Shown here: positions 1 through 6,852 of the stretch, in pieces
Layout: every line of letters begins with the position of its first letter
How positions within the stretch are numbered: the stretch's first letter is position 1
Origin: Thermodesulfovibrionales bacterium
Lineage (GTDB): Bacteria; Nitrospirota; Thermodesulfovibrionia; Thermodesulfovibrionales; UBA6898
Length of the DNA: 18,595 nucleotides
NCBI GenBank assembly: GCA_044450345.1
Contig: JBIOIY010000059.1
Coordinates: 1 to 18,595, forward strand
Direction of reading: 5' to 3'
Program-made: the position numbers and the translations under genes
Notes under the pieces: generated by a model
Told to the model about the DNA's origin: nothing
Database searches by the model: none
Seen by the model: the letters and a program-made list of their open reading frames with translations, nothing else

Positions 1-2
1 CA

Positions 3-122
3 ATTTTACAAATTCTGAGCGTCTCGGTTTTCGAAAGAACATCGCTATTACAGTTCCTTACAGAAACCAGCATAGTACTGGAAATGAACGATTCCGAAAA
101 CCAGTTGAATTTATTCACTTAA
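3..122 (+). mobile_element. 3' end of probable IS4-family transposase (DUF4372-associated type), cut by the window edge
   Basis: Frame 3 reads ILQILSVSVFERTSLLQFLTETSIVLEMNDSENQLNLFT* (TAA 120-122). This resembles the recalled C-terminus (ILQILSxxxFEKT...NQLxLF) of this IS4 transposase group. Only 39 codons are visible. Confidence 0.7.
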
Positions 123-138
123 CTGTCGGACGCTTGTG
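120..138 (+). repeat. putative right terminal inverted repeat of the IS
   Basis: TAACTGTCGGACGCTTGTG overlaps the transposase stop and resembles ...CGGACAnTAGTG-type IS4 ends. The partner left IR is outside the window, so it cannot be confirmed. Confidence 0.4.
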
Positions 139-289
139 ATGTAATAGATAGTGTCACTAGCCGTTAGTTCTCTTCTCCGGGGCCGCTTCAGTCTGCAAGG
201 CCCCGACAGCCTTCCTAACCTACCGCATTTCTTCTTCCAGTTGTAGAACGTCGCCCGCTCCCTTTATATCCCCTGCCCCATATATTAGG

Positions 290-295
290 TATAAT
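290..295 (+). promoter_or_regulatory. possible sigma70 -10 hexamer for the dikinase operon
   Basis: Perfect TATAAT 40 nt before ATG 336; no recognisable -35 at canonical spacing. Confidence 0.35.
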
Positions 296-335
296 GGATA
301 TTGTGAACCTCTTGAGGGCTCATCGTTAGCCGATT

Positions 336-3300
336 ATGCAGAAAGAAACAATCACAACTGAAAGCGGGACTGTACTGCTCGTAGAAAAGGAGATCAGGGA
401 CTCTGTAGCCGAGGTCACTATCCGGGCAGATGCGGACACCACGGCTGTCCTCCACTGGGGTGTCCGCAATAGGGGAAATACTTCCTGGCAAGTCCCTCCC
501 GAACGGTCATGGCCGGAAGGAAGCCACGCCTTCGACTCCAAGTCTGTCCGGACGCCTTTCTTAAAGGAGGGCGACCAGCCTCTCATAAGGATCCGGCTTG
601 ATAGCTCCTCCGGTCTCAGTTCGGTGGATTTCGTCCTCTTTTTCCCGCTGGAGAACCAGTGGGATAATAATCGCGGGAAAAATTACCGGATCGATATCCC
701 GGCGATCAGACCTTCGACTGACGAGGCCGCCCTCGGAAACACAGAGCTCTTGGAAGTCGCAGAAGAGATAATAGAACATGAGATGAGCAAAAATTCATGG
801 ACGCTGATGCACCGTTTCAATCTTTGTTATGACCTTCTCGACAGAGTAAAGGACAACGTAGACGGCCTGGCCCTTATCTTCGTATGGCTCCGTTATTCAT
901 TTATCAGACAGCTCGACTGGCAGCGGAATTACAATACACAGCCCAGGGAACTAGGCCACGCGATGGACCGCCTCACGCTCAAACTCGCCGGCCTTTATAC
1001 GGAGGGCCCTGCAGGCGGCGGGATGATAAGGCTCGTCATGCCAACCCTCGGCAGGGGCGGCGATGCACAGCGGGTCCGTGACGAGGTCCTGAACATAATG
1101 CACCGCCATCATATCAAAGAAGTTTCGGGCCATTTCATGGAGGAGTGGCATCAGAAGCTCCACAACAACACGACTCCGGACGATATCGTGATCTGCGAGG
1201 CATATCTCGAATTCATGAGAAACAACGGCAATCTCGACAGGTTCTATAAAAAACTCAATGAGGGAGGCGTAACAAAGGAGAGGCTTGAAGGCTATGAGAG
1301 GCCGATACGGTCACACCCCGATTTCATACCTTACCTGAAGGACCCCCTGATCCGTGACTTCGAGCATTTCCTCGGCATACTGAAGGCGGTTCATACAGGC
1401 ACCGATCTGGGCACCGCCATCCACACGGCACGTTACCTTTTCGACCCCGATATGCACGCCGTGATGGACTTCATCTGGTACCATAACAACGATGCGAAGA
1501 TGCCGGTCGAACTGGCCGAAAAGATCACCGGTGCCCGCCGCTGGATCTCAAAAAGGCTGACGGGCGATGCCGGCAGGGTGCGCGACCTCCTCTTTCTCGA
1601 TATCGCACTTGAGGACTTTCTTCGCAGTATCGTTGAGAGGTGCGCCATCCCTGATCTCGGCCCGAACGAGCTCATGGCAATGACCTCCCTGGTGTTGGAA
1701 AACCTTTCTGTCACAGATGCCGATGAAGAACTTTTCAGCTGCCTCAGTCTCTGGGAGAAAATCAATAAGATGGTCTGCTTCGATCGGGAATGGTCGCTCC
1801 GCGCCAGGGCAGTAACCGACCGGATAGGCCGGTACCTCGGGGTATGCGTAGACAGGTATAACCTGCTTTTTCAGCTGAAGGCGGCATATCTGGGAGGGGC
1901 ATTCCGGGCGGATTCCTGGGCCATAAGCCTCTTTGTCGAGGAGGTGCTGCGGGGCCGTCCGGCCTTCGCCATGTCGATGCTCTTGCGACACCTAGACCCT
2001 CTTCTCAGAAAAAACGCCCGAATGGGGGACTGGCAAGTGATAAGCCCCGGGCATGCCGAAGGGGAACTCGAAGTAGTTGAGGCGTTGAAATCGATCGAGG
2101 GAAAAAGCTTCGACCGGCCTGTCGTCGTAGTGGCAGAAAAGGTTACAGGATATGAGGAGATCCCAAAAGGGGTATCTGCGATAGTGACCCCGGCAGTGGT
2201 CGACCTGCTCTCTCATATTGCGGTGCGTGCAAGAAATGCGGGTGTACTCTTCGCCACGTGTTACGATGCGGCGCGGATAGATCAATTGAAGTCCCTCAGA
2301 GGCCATGCACTGAAACTGGGAATAACCGGCAGCGATGTCGTTGCCGAGGAGGCCGCGGGAGCAGGTGTTGTCGCTGCAGTCCGGATGCAGTACTCCCACG
2401 GGGCGTTCACGAGACCAGCCTTCACGAGCTATGCAATAACGATGGATGATTTCACGGAGATAAACGTCGGCGGGAAATCGAACCACCTGAAACTCGTAAA
2501 AGGAAACCTGCCCGACTGGATCGGGATTCCGGCATCTGCGGCACTACCCTTCGGGGTGTTCGAAAAAGTCCTGTCTCAAGAAGAGAACAGGGATTGTTCA
2601 GGAAAAATCGGGGAACTCATCAGGAAGCTCGGGGACGGTCCTAATACATCCCGGGAACTGATTGAGAAAATCCGGAAGACCATACTCGATATGAAGGCCC
2701 CCCGGGAACTGGTCACGTCTCTTTATTCGGTCATGGACGCTTCGGGTATCGCACGGCCCTCGAACTGGGAGGATGCATGGACCTGCATAAAAAGCGTATG
2801 GGCCTCAAAATGGAACGAAAGGGCCTATCTCAGCCGGAAAGCAAACGGGATACCGCATGATGACCTCTTCATGGCGGTACTCATCCAAACGGTGGTCGAG
2901 GCCGACTATGGCTTTGTGGTCCATACGGTCAACCCTCTTTCCCTTGCAAAAGACGAGATATATGCCGAGGCCGTGCTCGGTCTCGGAGAGGCGCTTGTCG
3001 GAAACTACCCGGGTAAGGCGCTCAGTTTTACCTGCAAGAAGGGAAAGGGTGAACCTTATATACTTTCGTTCCCCAGCAAGAGCGAAGGCCTCTACGGAGG
3101 CGGCCTCATCTTCCGTTCGGATTCAAGTGGAGAAGACCTCGCAGGCTTCGCAGGAGCAGGCCTTTATGACAGCTTCCTTCTGCCCCGGCCAAAAAAAGTC
3201 ACGCTCGATTATACGAAAGACCGCCTTTTGTGGGACGACGCATTCAGAATGGATTTTCTCTCGCGTATCGCCGGGATAGGGTCTGCAGTGGAAGGGGCTC

Positions 3301-3392
3301 TCGGATCTCCCCAGGACATCGAGGGTGCTTATGCGAAAGGCGGATTCTACGTAGTCCAGTCGCGACCGCAAGTGGGCATCGACAATGTCTGA
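336..3392 (+). CDS. alpha-glucan water dikinase (GWD/R1-like) with N-terminal CBM45-like module
   Basis: 1018 aa. N-terminal LHWGV..W.VPP..RTPF..FVL..WDNN.G.NY resembles CBM45. GWD1-type blocks: LMHRFNL, RQLDWQRNYNTQPRE, GRGG..QRVRDEVL, MEEWHQKLHNNTTPDDIVIC. Phosphohistidine motif LSHIAVRARN (H627, nt 2214-2216). C-terminal ATP-binding PEP/pyruvate-binding domain: VGGKS, VWASKWNERAY, GLGEALVGNYPG, RSDSSGEDLAGFAGAGLYDS, QDIEG, VVQSRPQV. Confidence 0.92.
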   Translation: MQKETITTESGTVLLVEKEIRDSVAEVTIRADADTTAVLHWGVRNRGNTSWQVPPERSWPEGSHAFDSKSVRTPFLKEGDQPLIRIRLDSSSGLSSVDFVLFFPLENQWDNNRGKNYRIDIPAIRPSTDEAALGNTELLEVAEEIIEHEMSKNSWTLMHRFNLCYDLLDRVKDNVDGLALIFVWLRYSFIRQLDWQRNYNTQPRELGHAMDRLTLKLAGLYTEGPAGGGMIRLVMPTLGRGGDAQRVRDEVLNIMHRHHIKEVSGHFMEEWHQKLHNNTTPDDIVICEAYLEFMRNNGNLDRFYKKLNEGGVTKERLEGYERPIRSHPDFIPYLKDPLIRDFEHFLGILKAVHTGTDLGTAIHTARYLFDPDMHAVMDFIWYHNNDAKMPVELAEKITGARRWISKRLTGDAGRVRDLLFLDIALEDFLRSIVERCAIPDLGPNELMAMTSLVLENLSVTDADEELFSCLSLWEKINKMVCFDREWSLRARAVTDRIGRYLGVCVDRYNLLFQLKAAYLGGAFRADSWAISLFVEEVLRGRPAFAMSMLLRHLDPLLRKNARMGDWQVISPGHAEGELEVVEALKSIEGKSFDRPVVVVAEKVTGYEEIPKGVSAIVTPAVVDLLSHIAVRARNAGVLFATCYDAARIDQLKSLRGHALKLGITGSDVVAEEAAGAGVVAAVRMQYSHGAFTRPAFTSYAITMDDFTEINVGGKSNHLKLVKGNLPDWIGIPASAALPFGVFEKVLSQEENRDCSGKIGELIRKLGDGPNTSRELIEKIRKTILDMKAPRELVTSLYSVMDASGIARPSNWEDAWTCIKSVWASKWNERAYLSRKANGIPHDDLFMAVLIQTVVEADYGFVVHTVNPLSLAKDEIYAEAVLGLGEALVGNYPGKALSFTCKKGKGEPYILSFPSKSEGLYGGGLIFRSDSSGEDLAGFAGAGLYDSFLLPRPKKVTLDYTKDRLLWDDAFRMDFLSRIAGIGSAVEGALGSPQDIEGAYAKGGFYVVQSRPQVGIDNV

Positions 3393-6300
3393 CAGCCCCC
3401 TCATAAAGATCGGCAACCAGACCGCCTACTCGGCAGCGACCATTACAGAACCATTTGACTTTGCGGTAGATAACGGGTTCGATGCATTTGAATGGTTCCC
3501 GGACAAAAAAATCACTGGCGAGGGCTGGCGGGCGGGCGACATCCCGGAGGAGATGCGTGCGAAGATCCGCCGGACCGCAGCTGACTGCAATATGCGTCTC
3601 TCCGTGCATGCGCCCTGGCCGTCGGACCCCCTGACACCCGAGAACGCCGCGTCCTTCCCTGAGACAATCGGGTTAGCGGTGGATGTCGGCGCTTCCCTTC
3701 TGAATATCCACCTTCGCTCCGACAAGGGACCTGAGGCCTTTGCAGAAGCCCTCCGGCCTCTCCTCGCGCTCATTGGAGAAGCGGGAATGCACCTCTCGGT
3801 CGAAAATACGGTGTATACCTCACCGTCGGACTTCAATCTTTTTTTTCGTCAATTGCGCAAATCCTATTCCGGGGACATATCCCTGGCGGGGATGTGTCTT
3901 GACATAGGGCATGCGAACCTCTGCAGCGGGACGCGGAATGATTATCTCAGGTTCCTTGATCTGCTTGATGACGAGGTCCCGATTATCCATCTGCATATGC
4001 ATGAGAATTACGGAGACCGGGACAGCCATCTCACTGTCTTCACCGGTCCTGCGGGAAGGGACCCCTCCGGCATAGAAGGGCTTATCGGGCGTCTGAAAAG
4101 GCGGAACTTCTCCGGCTCGTTCATCCTCGAACAATGGCCTGAACCGCAGCGCCTTCTTATCGAAGCAAGGGACAGGCTGATTCATATCATAAACAAAGCG
4201 GCAGATGCGCCCGAGGAAGGACCCGACCAACCAGGTATGCATGAGGGGATCGTGGAAAGGTTTGTCTCGGCCAACAGGCAGTTCACGAGTTGGAGGAAGA
4301 GACTTGAATGGGTCAGCACACTGCTGCCCCAGCGACCGCAGGAGCCGGACCTCGAACTGCTCATATATATCGCAATCTATCTGAGGTTCCTTGGGACAGG
4401 GGAGATCAGCTGCAGCGAGGAAGGAGGTCACCACCGCCCCTCGCAGCATGCGAAACTTTCGGAGCATATATATAAACGCCTTGCCGGGATCGAGAATGCG
4501 GAAAACAGGCTGGTCATAAGGAAGATCTATCCATGGCTACCCTCGTTCGACACAGAGTTCATGAGGGCCGAACCGCTCACCCGCATCAGAGACATCGCAC
4601 ACAGAAACGACATCCCTCAGGAGCTCAAGCGGGAGATAAAGACGACGCTTCAGAACAAACTCCACCGCTCTGCGGGTCCTGAGGACCTTGCAACTTCCGA
4701 GGCCCTGTTTAAGAAAATCACGGCGCAAGGCGCCTCATACCCGGAACCATTCGTCGAGGAATTCAGACGCTTTCATAAGGAGTTGAAGGACTTCTTCAAC
4801 GCAGGCAGCCTGAAGGACCTGCTCATTGCCCTAAAAGAAAAAGGTGATATCGACAAGCCTCAACTCATAGATGACTTCCTTCATTTCATCGCACGCCGGA
4901 ACGAAAAAAAGGCAGGCCGCGATCAGGTCATGGAGGAACTCGAACTATTGACTGGACTGCGCAGGTCGCTTGCCGGCACTGATACTATCACGGCTGCACA
5001 GCAGCATCGTTTGAAGACCGCAGATATCAGGTTCGAAGACCACTCCTTTGTCCTTCTCAGCACCTTTATCAACTCGATAGACCCTTCGCAGGACCTGCCG
5101 TGGAAGACCACCCTTTGCACGCTCGCCCTTGCCACGGAAAATCTCAATCTCGGAGGCCTTGATCCTGAAGAATGCCGCGCCGTCGAGTCTGAACTTCGAG
5201 TTTGGTCTGTTGATTTCGATCCTGAAGACCGCGACTGCCTCCTCCGTCTTAAGGCGACGGTCGACAGGTGCCGCAGACTTGCAGGGGAATATGCCGACAG
5301 AATCCTTGCGCTTTTCTCCGAAAAGGTGAATACCCTTGGACATGCCCTCGGTCTGCCGGAACATGCGGTAAAGTTCTTTGCAGAGGCCGATATCAGAAGT
5401 CACCCGGTCTTCCAGCTCTCCAAACTCGTTGAATTACTGATAAGGAATATCAGGAGCCGTGCCCTTCTCCAGCCCTGGGATGTCATCGTGCCGGGGGAGG
5501 CATCAGGCCGCCTCGCAACAGTTCGATCGCTCGCCTCCGTTGCAGATACCGGAGACGGACCGCTCATCGTGTTTACGGATAAAGCAGAAGGCGACGAGGA
5601 GATACCACCGCACGTGACCGGTCTCATAATTGCCGGTGAGATCCCCCTCCTCTCCCATCTCGCTGTGCGGGCCCGCCAGAGGGGCACCGTATTCGTCGCA
5701 TTCGAAGATATCGGTCGCATCGCTGAGCTAAAGAAACTCTCGGGAAAACCGATAACGATATGCGTGACCGCTGACGCTTTTGAAATAGCCGACGCGAAGA
5801 TGCCGGATCCGGGTACCTTCAAGGCCCGCGCCGCACGAGTGACGCTGCTGGAAGTATCTCCTGACTTTACTTCCGGTAGGACCCTTCCGCTCGACAGGGT
5901 CACCGTGGCGACCGGGGGTGCAAAGGCGGATGCCGCACGGCGCCTTAAAGAGATCTCGAAACTCGGTAACGCCGATTTTGAAGTGCCCCATGGTGTTGTC
6001 ATACCCTTCGGAGCCATGGAGGAATCCCTCCACTCCCTGCCTTTTCTCGAGACGGAATATGACGCCGCATTGAAGAAAATCGATCGCCTGCCGCATCCGA
6101 ATATGGGGGCACAACTGCAGAGACTCAGGGAACTGGTCCTGCAGCTTCCCGTTGACGATGGGCTGATGGCCGGCATCACTGCCCATTTTGCAAAGGGCGA
6201 GCGGGTCATGGTCCGCTCGAGCTCGAATTGTGAGGACCTGGAAGGCTTTGCAGGGGCCGGGCTCTATGATTCCATTCCTAACGTACCGCAATCCGCAATA

Positions 6301-6852
6301 GCGTTGGCGGTCTGCAAGGTATGGGCATCTCTCTGGAACAGACGTGCGGCCGAAGCGAGACAACACGCCTCTATCCCGCATGACAGGGCCCGCATGGCGG
6401 TACTTGTCCAGCGGATGATGCCGACTGATATCTCCTTTATAATGCATACGGTCAACCCGGTCAGCAATAACGAAGACGAAATTATCATAGAATTTGCGGT
6501 AGGGCTGGGCGAAACCCTTGCGTCAGGACATGAGCCCGGCGCGCCGTTCCGCGCGGTCTACCGCAAAAAAACAGGCGGGATAGAGATGCTCTCGTTTGCC
6601 AGCTACAGCGCCGCCCTCGTTCAGGACCGTCGCGGGGAACTCGAACGAAATATAATCGATTACTCGAAGATACCCTTGTCGATGGATAAGAACGTCAGAG
6701 CCGCATTGTGCAGTCGCATAGGAAACATAGCCGGCCGCATCGAGGCGTCGTTCGGGCTCCCGCTTGACATAGAAGGGCTCGTGGTCGGTAACAGAGTCTG
6801 TATAGTCCAGGCCAGGCCTCAGCAGAGGATACAGGAGGAACGCAGGCGATGA
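3385..6852 (+). CDS. phosphoglucan water dikinase (PWD/GWD3-like) fused to N-terminal xylose-isomerase/AP-endonuclease-2 TIM barrel
   Basis: 1155 aa; overlaps the upstream stop by 8 nt. Residues ~1-270 form a TIM barrel (SVHAP, VENT, LDIGH, HLHMHEN, DSHL, ILEQ). PWD blocks: SWRKRLE, YIAIYLRFLGTGEISCSEEGGHHRP, LPSF..EF...EPLTRIRDIAHRNDIP..LK.EIK.TLQNKLHRSAGPEDL. Phosphohistidine LSHLAVRARQ (H758, nt 5656-5658). ATP domain: GGAKA, VRSSSNCEDLEGFAGAGLYDS, VWASLW, GLGETLASG, VQARPQ. Confidence 0.9.
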   Translation: MSDSPLIKIGNQTAYSAATITEPFDFAVDNGFDAFEWFPDKKITGEGWRAGDIPEEMRAKIRRTAADCNMRLSVHAPWPSDPLTPENAASFPETIGLAVDVGASLLNIHLRSDKGPEAFAEALRPLLALIGEAGMHLSVENTVYTSPSDFNLFFRQLRKSYSGDISLAGMCLDIGHANLCSGTRNDYLRFLDLLDDEVPIIHLHMHENYGDRDSHLTVFTGPAGRDPSGIEGLIGRLKRRNFSGSFILEQWPEPQRLLIEARDRLIHIINKAADAPEEGPDQPGMHEGIVERFVSANRQFTSWRKRLEWVSTLLPQRPQEPDLELLIYIAIYLRFLGTGEISCSEEGGHHRPSQHAKLSEHIYKRLAGIENAENRLVIRKIYPWLPSFDTEFMRAEPLTRIRDIAHRNDIPQELKREIKTTLQNKLHRSAGPEDLATSEALFKKITAQGASYPEPFVEEFRRFHKELKDFFNAGSLKDLLIALKEKGDIDKPQLIDDFLHFIARRNEKKAGRDQVMEELELLTGLRRSLAGTDTITAAQQHRLKTADIRFEDHSFVLLSTFINSIDPSQDLPWKTTLCTLALATENLNLGGLDPEECRAVESELRVWSVDFDPEDRDCLLRLKATVDRCRRLAGEYADRILALFSEKVNTLGHALGLPEHAVKFFAEADIRSHPVFQLSKLVELLIRNIRSRALLQPWDVIVPGEASGRLATVRSLASVADTGDGPLIVFTDKAEGDEEIPPHVTGLIIAGEIPLLSHLAVRARQRGTVFVAFEDIGRIAELKKLSGKPITICVTADAFEIADAKMPDPGTFKARAARVTLLEVSPDFTSGRTLPLDRVTVATGGAKADAARRLKEISKLGNADFEVPHGVVIPFGAMEESLHSLPFLETEYDAALKKIDRLPHPNMGAQLQRLRELVLQLPVDDGLMAGITAHFAKGERVMVRSSSNCEDLEGFAGAGLYDSIPNVPQSAIALAVCKVWASLWNRRAAEARQHASIPHDRARMAVLVQRMMPTDISFIMHTVNPVSNNEDEIIIEFAVGLGETLASGHEPGAPFRAVYRKKTGGIEMLSFASYSAALVQDRRGELERNIIDYSKIPLSMDKNVRAALCSRIGNIAGRIEASFGLPLDIEGLVVGNRVCIVQARPQQRIQEERRR

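Noticed and set aside
5400..6447. Long antisense ORFs (269 and 239 aa) within the PWD gene, and similar shadow ORFs elsewhere
   Set aside because: They lie fully opposite well-supported genes and show no recognisable motifs.
336..6852. Calling the two large genes PEP synthase or pyruvate phosphate dikinase
   Set aside because: Domain order (His domain before a C-terminal ATP domain), absence of a C-terminal PEP-binding barrel, and GWD/PWD-specific blocks argue for glucan dikinases.
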